DNA from: Macrostomum lignano | Taxonomy: Eukaryota | NCBI GenBank assembly: GCA_002269645.1 | Contig: NIVC01000482.1 | Coordinates: forward strand, 255,909 to 319,908 | Direction of reading: 5' to 3' | DNA: 64,000 nucleotides | Shown: in pieces, positions 33,940 to 53,133 of the stretch | Layout of the letters: every line of letters starts with the position of its first letter | Position numbering within the stretch: the stretch's first letter is position 1 | The notes under the pieces: generated by a model | Told to the model about the DNA's origin: nothing | Database searches by the model: none | The model's input: the letters and a program-made list of their open reading frames with translations, nothing else | Position numbers and translations under genes: made by a program

Positions 33940-33958
33940 TACCCTGTCTGCCTGTCTC

Positions 33959-34021
<63 letters not shown>

Positions 34022-34024
34022 GAC

Positions 34025-34055
<31 letters not shown>

Positions 34056-34056
34056 G

Positions 34057-34135
<79 letters not shown>

Positions 34136-34178
34136 ATGTCTGTCTGTCTTTCTCTCTCTCTGTCTGTCTGTCTGTCTT
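33940..34178 (+). repeat. (TGTC)n microsatellite
   Basis: About 55-60 tetranucleotide units. Confidence 0.97.
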
Positions 34179-34388
34179 GTGTCCAACACTGGGCTTGGAC
34201 AGAGTGATGTCTATGGCCAAAATGCTCCACTTTCGCTGCAGCAATGAGGAACAAATTAAGCATGACGTGAGTCGAGAGCATCTTGTGCAGTTGCCTGTGA
34301 TGGACTACAGGAAATCAAAGTCAAATCTATTTATTTTTATACTATAGCTGAGCACACAAGCTCCGACAGCCACCACATAAATCTTAAA

Positions 34389-36502
34389 ATGGACGACATC
34401 ACGTGCACGACGAAGGAGGTCGCACCGAATCACAAGTTGATATTTTTTCACAATGATACAAGGATATTCGGGGACTGGATTTCTCCGCCGAAGCCCAACT
34501 CCAAGAATGACAATCTGGCAAGTAAGTTGCGGGGAATTCTTTATCGGCCTGTATTTAAGGAGTGTCCGTTTATTGTGTGTTTATCATATGACTTGTGTTT
34601 AAGGAGGGTGTGTTTATTGGTGAGACTTTCATTGAGGGATCGCAATTATGGGCTGTGGCCTGTGCTTGAGACGTTGCGCTTTTTTCGTGTCCACTTCCTG
34701 AGGCGGTGTGTTTATTGAAGCAGTTTGTTTCCGGTCTGCGTGCCCTTCGATAGAGGATATCAAACATCTTGTGTTCTACACGCACTAGAGAAGCTCAGCC
34801 ACCCGATGCACACCTTCTTCCGAGACGTCATCTTCGTCGACGACTCGGTATCCGTCAGCCGCCTTCGCCTGGCCCAGGCGCCCGAGGCCCGCGTCGAGCT
34901 GGACTTTCAGCTAGCGGGATCCTGGTACCAGCGGCTGCAGCTGGAGCTGGACGGCACCTGCACCTGGCCTGGAGACGATGGAAACTATGTTGTGGTGAGC
35001 CTAACGATGCTGAAATGTTACAGCCACCGATGCCCACCACACTCCCTGCCCCACCTCACTCCCAGCATCCCACCCCACTCCCTGCCCCACCTCACTCCCA
35101 GCATCCCACCCCACTCCCTGCCCCACCTCACTCCCAGCATCCCACCCCACTCCCTGCCCCACCTCACTCCATGCCCCACCTCACTCCCTGCCGCACCTCA
35201 CTCCCTGCCCCACCCCACTCCCTGCCCCACCTCACTCCCTGACCCACCTCACTCCCTGCACCACCCCACTCCCAGCCCCACCCCACTCCCTGCCCCACCT
35301 CACTCCCTGCCCCACCCCACTCCCTGCCCCACCCCACTCCCTGCCCCACCTCACTCCCTTACCCACTCCACTCCTTGCCCACCTCACTCCCTGTCCCACT
35401 TCACTCCCTGTCCCACTTCACTCCCTGTCCCACTTCACTCCCTGTCCTACCTCACTCCTACCCCAGCTCACTCCCTGTTCCACCTCACTCCCTGCCCCAC
35501 CTCACTCCATGCACTACCCCACCACCACCTCACTCCCTGCACCATCCCACTCCCTGCCCTACCTCACTCCATGCCCCACCTCCCTCCCTGCCCCACCTCA
35601 CTCCCTGCCCCACATCACTCCCTGCCCCACATCACTCCCTGCCCCACATCACTCCCTGCCCCACATCACTCCCTGCCCCCTCACTCCCTGCCCCACCCGA
35701 TCACTCCCTGCCCCACCCCCACTCCTTGCCCCACTTCACTCCCTGTCCCACTTCACTCCCTGTCCCACTTCACTCCCTGTCCCACTTCACTCCCTGTCCT
35801 ACCTCACTCCTACCCCAGCTCACTCCCTGTTCCACCTCACTCCCTGCCCCACCTCACTCCCTGCACTACCCCACCACCACCTCACTCCCTGCACCACCCC
35901 ACTCCCTGCCCTACCTCACTCCATGCCCCACCTCCCTCCCTGCCCCACCTCACTCCCTGCCCCACATCACTCCCTGCCCCACATCACTCCCTGCCCCACA
36001 TCACTCCCTGCCCCACATCACTCCCTGCCCCCTCACTCCCTGCCCCACCCGATCACTCCCTGCCCCACCCCCACTCCTTGCCCCACTTCACTCCCTGTCC
36101 CACTTCACTCCCTGTCCCACTTCACTCCCTGTCCCACCTCACTCCTACTCCAGCTCACTTCCTGTTCCACCTCACTCCCTGCCCCACCCCACTCCCTATC
36201 CAACCAATCACGCTTAACCATCCCGGTTTGTAAAGTCATATTTGCTTTTAAGTACGCTCGTAATATTATCTATTTCCAAACACTTTTGATATGTTGACAC
36301 GCAGTGCAGAACCTATTGGAAGACGCGAAAACTGGTAGTGGTCATTGAAGACGATAAAAATTTTGAGACCAACGAGGATCGGGGCAGCGAAAACCGGATG
36401 TTGGTCATCTCCGTGTCCGAGTCTGATGCGAGTCGGCTGGAGCTGGTGGGAATCTATTTGTCTGTCTGTCTATCTTTGTATCTATGTATGTATGTATGTA
36501 TG

Positions 36503-36560
<58 letters not shown>

Positions 36561-36723
36561 ATTCTGCTAAAAATTTATTCATTAAAATCTACCCCTGAAT
36601 GCACGGCAGTGGCTGAAGTGGAAGTACCGGGGCGAGTGCGAATATTATATAAAAGAATTCAAGCGGGTGACGGCCAAGGAGATACTGATGGTCGACCAGC
36701 AAACGAAGAAGTCCTACATCTGA
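34389..36723 (+). CDS. Uncharacterised protein of about 197 aa, possibly FABP/lipocalin (calycin)-like; join(34389..34521,34789..34994,36305..36445,36610..36723)
   Basis: Four exons with GT-AG junctions in matching phases (1,0,0), 594 nt open. N-terminal IFGDW (GxW motif), beta-strand-like alternation, and C-terminal YYIKEFKRV resembling FABP termini. Family call is inference. Confidence 0.6.
35030..36200 (+). repeat. C-rich minisatellite (CACTCCCTGCCCCACCT-like) in intron 2 of the FABP-like gene
   Basis: Tandem units of about 18 bp with a higher-order duplication; source of spurious Pro/His/Thr ORFs. Confidence 0.92.
36465..36560 (+). repeat. (TATG)n/(TATC)n microsatellite in intron 3
   Basis: Seen directly. 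Confidence 0.92.
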
Positions 36724-36949
36724 GGCCCATTGTAGAAAACCTGTCACGTTGATTTTTACTTAAAACTTTAAGTAAATAAAATGTTTTTGGAAAGTCAAAA
36801 GGAAGCAGCATGGCCTACTACTTTCAGTGGGATCTCATCTCGTCTATGTAAATATTTTTACTTAAGAAATATATTATATAATTATATTTCCTATGACGAG
36901 GAATGCTCATCTTGGAGTAGTACGTATAGCAAGTTAGCTTGATTATCTG

Positions 36950-37330
36950 ACCTGCCATCAATGCTTTGCCACACCTGACATCAATGCTTTGCCACACCTG
37001 ACATCAGTGCTTTGTCACACCTGCCATCAATGCTTTGCCACACCTGAGGTCAATTCTTTGCCACACCTGAGGTCAATGCTTTGCCACACCTGACGTCAAT
37101 TCTTTGCCACACCTGACATCAATGCTTTGCCACACCTGACGTCAATTCTTTGCCACACCTGACATCAATGCTTTGCCACACCTGAGGTCAATTCTTTGCC
37201 ACACCTGACATCAATGCTTTGCCACACCTGAGGTCAATTCTTTGCCACACCTGACATCAATGCTTTGCCACACCTGACATCAATGCTTTGCCACACCTGA
37301 CATCAATGCTTTGCCACACCTGAGGTCAAT
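36950..37330 (+). repeat. 23-bp minisatellite (CAATGCTTTGCCACACCTGACAT), about 16 copies
   Basis: Seen directly. Confidence 0.93.
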
Positions 37331-37691
37331 TCCACACGCATTTTAGGCACTAAGCATAGAAAGTTAATAAACTATGAAATGCTATGCAAATATATAGCGA
37401 AATAATTCACCGAGTTTTGCTATTTCGCCACCCTTTGGAGGCTTCAAGCATAAAGGGTTAGGGTAGATTTCGAACATTTTCTTTGCACACAAGCAGAGCT
37501 CCAGTTGTTAAGCACGAAAGAAGAAATGAGGTGGCGAGTAAGGCAGAGCAAGAAGTCTAGAGCAGTTGAGCAATGTACATTGAGTGCAATGCCACGCATA
37601 TAAAGCATTCCTCTATACTACTATACTAAAAAAGGCCTTTTGACAATCATCTTGCATCTTTAGAAGCAAAAAGGCGCCAAACAGGAAACAC

Positions 37692-40600
37692 ATGGACTCG
37701 CACTTTCTGCACGAGTTCACTCACGCGGCCGAGTCGCACGGCGTTTACGCCGAGGACTTCGCCGATCGGCTGTGCTCGAAGTACACCTGCATCGGCCTCT
37801 TGTTCCTCGCTAGTGTCGGCGTTATGCGCCAGTACGTCTTCAAGCCGATCCAGTGCTGGGTGCCCGCCGAATGGCCTCGGCCTTGGGAAGAGTTCGCCGA
37901 GAACTACTGCTGGGTGCAGAACACCTACAGGGTGGCGTTGCGGGAGCCGAGCTATCCTGAGGCCAGGGAGAGGGGTGGGCTGGAGATTGGTGAGATGTGC
38001 TCTGTAGTCTCACTGCTCATGTCTGATGAATGTGTCTTAGCAATGACTGCTCATGTCTGATGAATGTGTCTTAGCAATGACTGCTCATGCCTGATGAATG
38101 TGTCTTAGCAATGACTGCTCATGTCTGGTGAGTGTGTATTAGTAATGACTGCTCTTGTCTGATGAGAGTCTTAGTAATGACTGCTCATGTCTGATGAATG
38201 TGCCTTAGCAATGACTGCTCATGTCTGGTGAGTGTGTATTAGTAATGGCTGCTCATGTCTGATGAATGTGTCTTAGCAATGACTGCTCATGCCTGATGAA
38301 TGTGTCTTAGCAATGACTGCTCATGCCTGATGAATGTGTCTTAGCAATGACTGCTCATGTCTGATGAATGTGTCTTAGCAATGACTGCTCATGCCTGATG
38401 AATGTGTCTTAGCAATGACTGCTCATGTCTGGTGAGTGTGTATTAGTAATGGCTGCTCATGTCTGATGAATGTTTATTAGCAATGACTGCTCATGTCTGA
38501 TGAATGTTTATTAGCAATGACTGCTCATGCCTGATGAATGTGTCTTAGCAATGACTGCTCATGCCTGATGAATGTGTCTTAGCAATGACTGCTCATGCCT
38601 GATGAATGTGTCTTAGCAATGACTGCTCATGTCTGATGAATGTGTCTTAGCAATGACTGCTCATGCCTGATGAATGTGTCTTAGCAATGACTGCTCATGT
38701 CTGATGAATGTGTCTTAGCAATGACTGCTCATGTCTGATGAATGTTTATTAGCAATGACTGCTCATGCCTGATGAATGTGTCTTAGCAATGACTGCTCAT
38801 GCCTGATGAATGTGTCTTAGCAATGACTGCTCATGTCTGATGAATGTGTCTTAGCAATGACTGCTCATGCCTGATGAATGTGTCTTAGCAATGACTGCTC
38901 ATGTCTGATGAATGTGTCTTAGCAATGACTGCTCATGTCTGATGAATGTTTATTAGCAATGACTGCTCATGTCTGATGAATGTTTATTAGCAATGACTGC
39001 TCATGCCTGATGAATGTGTCTTAGCAATGACTGCTCATGTCTGATGAATGTGTCTTAGCAATGACTGCTCATGTCTGATGAATGTTTATTAGCAATGACT
39101 GCTCATGTCTGATGAATGTTTATTAGCAATGACTGCTCATGTCTGATGAATGTTTATTAGCAATGACTGTTCATGCCTGATCAATGAGTCTTAGTAATGA
39201 CTGCTCATGTCTGATGAATGTGTCTTAGCGATGACTGCCGATCATATCTGAGGAGTGTTTTTCACATCGCAGCTTCTCCATCTCAGTCAACCAGAACCCC
39301 ATCCGCTCGCACTCAGGCTATTACCAGTGGGTGCCCATCGTGTTGCTGGCGCAGGCCCTGCTGTCCATGGCCCCGCACCAGCTCTGGCTGTTGGCCTCCC
39401 GCCGTCTGGCCGGCTTCGACCCGCACTCGGTGCTCCGCTTTGCCCGAGAAGTTGAGCACGCGGGCAACAAGGACACAAGCAAACGGTTGCTCACCTATGC
39501 TGCCTGGCACTTGGCCTGGGGCGCGAGGCTTTCCGGCCGAACCTACGACCCGGATGGCGCACTGCTGACTGACGACAAGCCGAACAAGCTGCAAGCGGAG
39601 CGGCAGCAACAGCAGAAACCACAAGGCCGAAGAAGCTGCTCCGAGGCAGTGAGACAGAGCGGCTGCCTGCTGTTCATTCTGTACCTGCTCAACAAACTGT
39701 TGTGCGCTGGAACTGCCGCTGGGCAGGTATAAATTAGCTTTCTGTCAACACTTGTATTAGCTGCCCTTTGATGGGCCGCTGGGAGCTTCTCACAAGCTAG
39801 ATTCCGTAGACTCCTGACTGAGCACATAGAGGAAAGCTAGCACGCATTCAGTGCGGTGCTCACACAGGGTGTACAGCGACTGCCCTGACTTTCTAATCTC
39901 GTCAGGTATCTATCTGTCACCAGACAACTGTCACCCTCTGTTATAATTTGATTTGATTGATTTGATTGATTGATTAGCAAAATAGTTGAAGCTGATACAT
40001 GTACAGCACAAGGACTACTTAAGCAGAAGCTGGACGGGAGGCCTCGTTTCTTGGAAGTTTTTGGAAGCAGGTTTTTCCGAAAAAAACATTACAGAGACAG
40101 GTTTTCAGCACAAAAATTGCTGTTGCTTTTGATAAGAGGCAGATCCGGTGTTCATCTTTTGATATGTTGTTCCTTTTTATTTCTCAATCGATATTTATAA
40201 AGCTTTGCGTTTAGAAAATTAGGATTTTATGTTATATTTTCTATGTTCAATTGCACATGTCCTGTGTCTAAAAACCATTAAAAAGGCGCGACTCAGCTCA
40301 TTGGTTTTATAAATCCATTTTATCATTCTCAGCTGACTGTGTAACAATATGTGCAACAGGGATGGTATAATAGATTCATAAAACCAAAGTCGAGCTGTGC
40401 CATGCATTGTTATGATTCTTAGGTACAGGAAATGTACGGAGAATTAAAAATTAACATTATATTCTAGAATCCTAATTTTCTAAACTATAAAAAGCTCTAA
40501 AAAACTAAAAACAGTTGTCTAAACATTGGGTCTGCCTCCTATCGAAAGTAATTAACAATTTTTGTGCTGAAAAATGAAAGCTTCCATCTCCGTAGTGCGT

Positions 40601-41402
40601 TTTTTCGGAAACCTGCCTTCTACAATTTTTCCAGGAAACGAGGTTCCCCTCTTTCTACTTGAGTAGCCCTTGGAACAGCATCGCTCACTACTAATAATAA
40701 GCATGGTCTTATTGTCGAATTCGTCCCGGGCAGGTGTTCCTCCTGCAGAGCTACCTGGGTTTCGCCAGTCCGCTGTTCGGCTGGCAGTGCGCCAGCAACC
40801 TGCTCAGGGGCGGCACCTGGGAGCTGACTGGGGTGTTTCCCAGGCTGACATTCTGCGACCTGCCACTGCGGCATGTTGGTCAGTTCAACCTGCGCTCGGT
40901 CCAGTGCGTCCTGGCGTCCAACATGATGAACGAGAAAATCTTTGTCTTCCTGTGGTTCTGGTTCGCAGTCTGCTGCTTGACCAGCCTGATGTACACCATC
41001 AGCTGGATGGCGCAGCTGCTGCCACCGACGGAGCGGACCAGACTGGTTCGCCGCTACCTCAGCCTGCAAGCGAGGCGCGGTCACGGACAACAAAGACCAG
41101 CGGCCAATGGACGGGAAGATGTCTACAAAGCGTCCAGACAGCTGACTGACTTGCTGCGTCTGGACGGCGTCCTGCTGCTGCAGATGGTGGCCGACAATGT
41201 CGACTGTCTGTGCGCTGCCCAGCTGGCCGGCCGGCTGCGAGACCAGAGAGATCGCACCTTCGACACGAACGACTACTGCTCCGAAGACGACGACCTCCAG
41301 CTGCGGCCGTTGATCAACGATGGAATCAGCAGCGAAGGATCTTCGGGCGACGGCTTGCGACAAAAAGTGCTGACGACAGAGCTGAAGATATCATCGGTCT
41401 GA
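37692..41402 (+). CDS. Innexin (gap-junction protein); join(37692..37989,39317..39726,40734..41402), about 458 aa
   Basis: EDFADRL, PIQCWVP, ENYCWVQNTY, G|YYQWVPIVLLAQALL..APHQLW, FPRLTFCDL, QCVLASNMMNEKIFVFLWFW. Introns are phase 1 and 0 with canonical GT-AG. Confidence 0.95.
38010..39235 (+). repeat. 34-bp minisatellite (GACTGCTCATGTCTGATGAATGTGTCTTAGCAAT), about 36 copies, innexin intron 1
   Basis: Seen directly. Confidence 0.96.
39755..39900. mobile_element. SINE-related fragment in innexin intron 2
   Basis: CTCACACAGGGTGTACAGCGACTGCCCTGACTT resembles CTCACACAGGAGTGTACAGCGGCCCTAACTT in the SINE at about 25965-25995. Confidence 0.35.
40009..40672. mobile_element. CAAGG-family MITE in innexin intron 2
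   Basis: TIRs CAAGGACTACTTAAG / CTACTTGAGTAGCCCTTG; 8-bp TSD GTACAGCA / GAACAGCA. Confidence 0.8.
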
Positions 41403-41499
41403 CAGCTCGAATGCAGCTTGGCTTACCTTGGGTTTTACTCAGTATTCCTCTCTGCTGTCTACACTGACATCCTTTTGAAGGCCGATTTCTGGATTCAAT

Positions 41500-42350
41500 A
41501 GAATCGCCCCTATAACCATCTATACAATCGCCCCTATAACCATCTATTAAAATCCCCCTTTACCCATCTATAGAATCTCCCCTATACCCATCTATAGAAT
41601 CGCCCCTATAACCATCTATAGAATCGCCCCTATAACCATCTATAGAATCCCCCCTATAACCATCTATAGAATCGCCCCTATAACCATCTATAGAATCGCC
41701 CCTATAACTATCAATAGAATCGCCCCTATAACCATCTATACAATCGCCCCTATAACAATCTATTAAAATCCCCCTTTACCCATCTATAGAATCCCCCCTA
41801 TAACCATCTATAGAATCGCCCCTATAACCATCTATAGAATCCCCCCTATAACCATCTATAGAATCGCCCCTATAACCATCTATAGAATCGCCCCTATAAC
41901 TATCAATAGAATCGCCCCTATAACCATCTATACAATCGCCCCTATAACAATCTATTAAAATCCCCCTTTACCCATCTATAGAATCGCCCCTATAACCATC
42001 TATAGAATCCCCCCTATAACCATCTATAGAATCCCCCCTATAACCATCTATAGAATCCCCCCTATAACCATCTATAGAATCCCCCCTATAACCATCTATA
42101 GAATCCCCCCTATAACCATCTATACAATCGCCCCTATAACAATCTATTAAAATCCCCCTTTACCCATCTATAGAATCGCCCCTATAACCATCTACAGAAT
42201 CCCCCCTATAACCATCTATAGAATCCCCCCTATAACCATCTATAGAATCGCCCCTATAACCATCTACAGAATCGCCCCTATAGCCATCTATAGAATCGCC
42301 CCTATAACTATCTACAGAATCGCCCCTATAACTATCTATAGAATCGCCCC
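41500..42350 (+). repeat. 24-bp minisatellite (TAGAATCGCCCCTATAACCATCTA), about 35 copies
   Basis: Seen directly, between the convergent innexin and PRP4 kinase 3' ends. Confidence 0.95.
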
Positions 42351-42829
42351 TTATCAACCCAGAATAAGCCTTATTATTTTTAAGGAACGAACGACTGCTA
42401 AATATTATTTTCTATAAGCAGAGATTTGTTAATTATTTTCGTAACTTTGCATAACTGCACCAGGATTTCGATCTTGAAAAATCCTTTAAAAAGTGGAAAC
42501 TTCTACAAAAAATGAAGTGGATAAAGCTCAAGACAACCAGGTATTGCATGTACAGTCGGCTCAATAAGCCAATTGAAATGTAGGAAAGTGTTGGCTTTTT
42601 CTGCTTTTAAAGTACATGTTTAAAATACACGCTATGCCTTGTTTATTATTATTATTATTATTAATATAATCAACTGGTGTACTTTATCAAATTTTATTTA
42701 CAATCAAATAGCGCGCGTCAAACGGGATTAATAACAATATTTTGTTTATGCGCAAAGAAATTCATTTTTTTAAAATTGAACTGTTATTTCTACTCATCAG
42801 TAAGTAGTCAGAGCAGCGCACGTCAATCA

Positions 42830-48274
<5,445 letters not shown>

Positions 48275-50349
48275 TTATGTAAATAAAATATAGAGCTTGG
48301 TTTGTTTGACAACAAAATCCACCTGCTGATATGAAATAATAATGGAATAAGCTAAGTTAGTATATTTGCCTATTATGGTGCACACAACTCACGAATGCAT
48401 AGCTGCCACACAGGCTGTGTAGAGGCTGCCGACCAACTGCAACTGCGTTTGGAGAGAGAGAGAAAACAAATAATAGCAGAGATGGGACTTAATAATATGG
48501 TTTCCATCTTATTCAATATTAATATATCATAAAGGCTATAGTCAAATTTTCAACTACTTGAGCACAATATTCTTGCCTCTGACATAAAACAAAGACTCAA
48601 TATTTAGATATATATTTGGGCTTTGTGATACTCATACAAGTATAAAGTTATATTATGTCAAAATAAGTTGCTATGCTTCATTAATAAATAATAAGCATAA
48701 ACATACATGCGCAAACTCCAAAATTCAGTCGGCCATGCAACTTAGTGTTAACAAAAATGCGACATAGTTTTTGGCCAAAAATGCAACTTACATGTAAAAG
48801 AAACCCTAAAGCAAAATTAACACAACTTTGGGTAAACAGCAGGAGTAACTATGACTGTCTTATTAAGCCAAAATACCTCATTATCTACTTAGTACTTAGT
48901 CACTTGGGTATTTATTCGGGTGGGCATTTTTGTGACTTACTTTGGTTGGCCAATTTGGCTGACTATTGCCCATGTATGAGCATAAATTTATTAGTCTAGT
49001 TTGATAATCACTTAGTTCAATTGCTTACTATATTAAAACTCTAGCAAACTACTTTAAAGTGAAGCAGCTTCCTAAACTAAATAAATATGGAAAACCAAAT
49101 GTCTTGGGGGTTCAATTCTTGATCTCACTTGTAACAATTTATGTCTTTAAGCAAGATAACTCTGCATTGTTTCAGTTCACTTAGCTATAAAATGGGTGCT
49201 AGCATTAGCTAGGGTAACTAAAGGTATATGGCAACCCATCAATCTTTGGACTAAATAGCTATATAGAGCCTTCAGATATGCTGTACAATAGCTGCAGCTA
49301 AGCTATCAGTTGCATATCTAGCCTAATTTGAGCAGGTGAAAATCAAAATCAAATATCTTAATTAAAAGACAGTTTTTTCAAGACTCATATTAATAAATAT
49401 ATAGCTTTGGCTATATGACACAATAATATATAATTATTGTTCTTTTATATAAACTTAGTTGATATATATATACTTATATAAATATAAATATTTATATATA
49501 TATATATATATATGTATAGTAAATTAAATAATAATAATATTTAATATTAATAATAACAAGAATAATAATAATATTATTGTATATATAACATATAAATGAA
49601 TATGCTAAGACAATAAATAAGATTTGTATAAGAAAAAAGAAACCTTTTGTGTCCCAGAATTATTTTAAATAAAACAAGAGACATTTCAAATAAAAAACAT
49701 GTCAGCTTAAGAAATGAATAGTTTAGGCTTAGTTATTTAAGTTAAAGTAAATATTAGTTATTACTAGGGCAAATGAGCATTTTTCTTAGATTAGGGATTA
49801 CTTTAACTTAATTTTGGCATCTAATTCTAGTAGCACTACCGTAATTTTTGAGAAGGTAGATTTTGAAGGGTAAAGGCCCAAAGGGAAGTAGAGAGAGAGC
49901 AACTATTTTTGGCAAAAGTTCATTTAGCCCCCTTTGATTTTTTGGTCTCTGCCTAAGAGGGAGGATAATTGCCTTCCCTTGGTTTCTAGTTCATTCATCT
50001 ATTCATAGTTTGTGTACTGTACTGAGTAGACAAAAAGTCTTTTTCTTTTAAAAACTCTTTGTCTGCTAGGAAATAGGGCTAGGGTCATAGGGATAAAAAG
50101 TTTTAACATTGTTAAAGTGCTGAAAGGGTCTTCTATCATTTTAACAAACTATTTTAAAATATATACCTATAATAAGAAAGCTAAAATAGTAATAATAAAA
50201 CAAAAACAATTCAAAATTTGCTAAAAATAAAAAGTATCAATAAGTATAAATAAAAATAAGTATCATATAAATATTTATCCTTTACTTGTACACTTTGTAG
50301 ATAACTATCAAAATATCAAATAACTTTTTGTGATTTTTTAGGCCTAAGT

Positions 50350-50945
50350 CCATAGTTAGGATGATGTACATTACACCGGAAATTTCTGGCGTACAATTGA
50401 AAATTTTACTTTTTTGGCATAGAATTGGTATAAAAAATGAGGCAAAATATATTTGGCATACCTTTTAGCATAACGCTGTGGTGTAAATATGCCAAGCAGT
50501 GTATGCCAACTCCAACCTTCATGCCAAAGTTAATATTAACAATTGTTGGCATAACGCCGTAACCTTAGAATCTTATTATAAAATCATAAAAACTATAAAA
50601 CTCGAAAATGAAAGTTCATAATTATTTATGATTTAATAAAAATTTAAAATGCAATGCAAACTAATCATGTAATTTTATAAAAAAAAACTTAAACAAAAAA
50701 TTGATTTTTATTGGCATTATTTGTAAGCCAGTTTACTTTAAATGAAAACCACACATTTGTTAAATAATTATAATTACAAAGTAGGCAAAAATGTGTAACA
50801 TACAAAAAAGGTCATTTATTGTCGCAAAGCCTAGAAAACCTGGCATAAGTTCCTAGCACCTTGGCGTATATTTCAGTATGAAGTGGCGTAGATTTTTAGG
50901 GGACTTTTTATTCCGACATATACTATGACATGATCCTGACTATGG
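50350..50945. mobile_element. MITE (hAT-like)
   Basis: TIRs CCATAGTTAGGATGATGT / ACATGATCCTGACTATGG; perfect 8-bp TSD GCCTAAGT (50342-50349, 50946-50953). Confidence 0.78.
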
Positions 50946-52914
50946 GCCTAAGTCTAAGAAGCTTTCAAATCTAGAATTGTTGCTATATATTGTGTCCTCT
51001 CTTTTTAAAACCATTTTACTTAGACGGCTAGGCCTAGTAACTTGCATGTCACTAACTATATTTGGGGTATACAATTAAAAAATTGACCAAGTCCCTTCTA
51101 ATAAGCCTATAATTTATGGATAGGCCTAGCATTTATCATTTTTGAGGAGCCCAATATCCCAATAGCTTTTTAACAAATGAAAAGACTAGGGCCTATTAGA
51201 TAGCTCATTATCTCACTCTATATTTTTATTCCAATTTCTTAGCAAATAAATGATTTTAAAAGAGAAAACTTTTTGTCTACTTAGCAGATGAACTGTAAAC
51301 AGAAGAAATGACTATAACCCCCCTTTCCTTGGTTGTGCTACTATTTGAATTCTAATTTGTAATTTAGATCAAAATCCCAAATATAGGTAATAGGGGCCTA
51401 GACATCAACTCAACATAGTAGGACTACCAAAAGTCCAAAATGCTAGGTAACAAAGAGCATATATACCAAAAAAGTGTGGATATCTTTAGTATTTGAAGGC
51501 TGAATACAATTGTCTAAATACAAGTCCTAAAAATCATCAAGCTAAGAACAAACAAAAAAGGCATGAAATATTAATAATTTAGATATTGATTGGTGTTGGT
51601 GGCATTGGCCTAGTTTGCAGCCAATCCACTAGCACTAGACTCCAGATCTAATAATATCTGTAACTTATCAGAAAGAGCAGCTTATTTCAACCACTAATGC
51701 ATCAAATATTGATAAAATCACATACATAAGTCTAAGAATTTATTTAGGCGGTTAGGCCTAAATGTAATCTAGTATTATACCTATCAGCATTACGATTATG
51801 TTGCTGTCGTAGTGTCGTGTAGAGTCTGTAGACCTAGGACAGTACACCGCCCCTTGACGATTGGGTCTACACCAGAAGAAAAGTGGCAAGCAGATTGGAT
51901 AAGCCTAGACATAGCATACAGCCTAGCCTCATTTCATGACAAAATATAGGCAACTGTTCAAAATTTCTCTTCGTACCGTTTTGGAATTTTTATTACTTTG
52001 CTTTTACGGGGTTATTGACGGCGTTAGGCTTCGGTAACCTCTAACCTATAATTCTAAAATATCTTAATTCAATAATTATTTAGTTAAATATTTTTGCACT
52101 TTGAACTTTGCATAAGGAATTATATTCAGCTGTAACGTCTTTTGCAGTTGTTTTTGTTAAAACTTTTCTCGCCTTACGCATTTTTAACCAAAATTTTCAC
52201 AGGAATAACATGATCTAAAACTAAAACACTGACTAGTGACTACGGAATAAGGAATACGAAGGATGAAGTCATGATCGTGCTCGGTCGGCTAGGCCTAAGT
52301 CACGTTAAACTACGGAAATATTGTATTCAAAATTTTAAGCAGTGAACTTGTTCAAAAGTAGACTATTTCTGGAAAATAAATAATTTATGGTAATAATAGG
52401 TCTTGCTTGCTATGCTAAGTGTGCTGTTGACTATTTATTAATTAGTGTCAACTGTCGTGTCAGTCAATCATTATCATTGCTATTCATTGTGTCATGGATT
52501 GATGACTATATTACTTGAAATTTAAATACCTGTTACAAATTCACAATTGCTAACCTCATCATTTTTTCATATTCTTATATGTGGTTGGCTTAAAGTCAAG
52601 GCCAAATATTAATGTTTTGTATTATTTATTTGGGACTGGCCTGGGCCTACTTATTATTTTATTTTGAATAAAATATACAGATTCTAAGCCTATTAAGTTA
52701 TTTAAAAGTAAATTAAATGTGTCTACTCTAAAGATTATTTTGCAATGTTATTTTTAGGCCTAGTATTAGCTTAGAATAAATTTATTTATTATATTTTTAT
52801 TTTATATATTATATATAATTTTAGTCTGGTTTTAATTTTTATATACTACAATAATTTTAAATCAATAGATTCACTAGGCTTATTAGGATTATTAAGTAAA
52901 GCTTTAAGTTTTGT

Positions 52915-53086
52915 CATGCTTGGGCGCAACCTTGGGATTCACCCGGCCGTTTCTATTGGCAACACACGCATGTAAGTCGCTATTGGCTGAGAGCAGTCAC
53001 GTGACTACTGTTCTGTCCAATAGCGACTTACATGCGTGTGTTGCCAATAGAAACGGCCGAGTGAATCCCAAAGTTGCGCATGTATG
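52915..53086. mobile_element. Palindromic mini-MITE
   Basis: Near-perfect palindrome 52924-53079 centred on GTCACGTGAC; perfect 8-bp TSD AGTTTTGT (52907-52914, 53087-53094). Confidence 0.85.
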
Positions 53087-53133
53087 AGTTTTGTCATAAA
53101 AAGCAAGAATTCAATCTATTGCAAAAATATAAA

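Noticed and set aside
34995-36297. Pro/His/Thr-rich ORF extensions
   Set aside because: Intronic satellite read-through beyond the GTGAGC donor.
38010-39235. Tandem hammerhead ribozymes or C/D snoRNAs (each unit contains CTGATGA)
   Set aside because: No GAAA core half or supporting stems, and no separated C and D boxes with a terminal stem.
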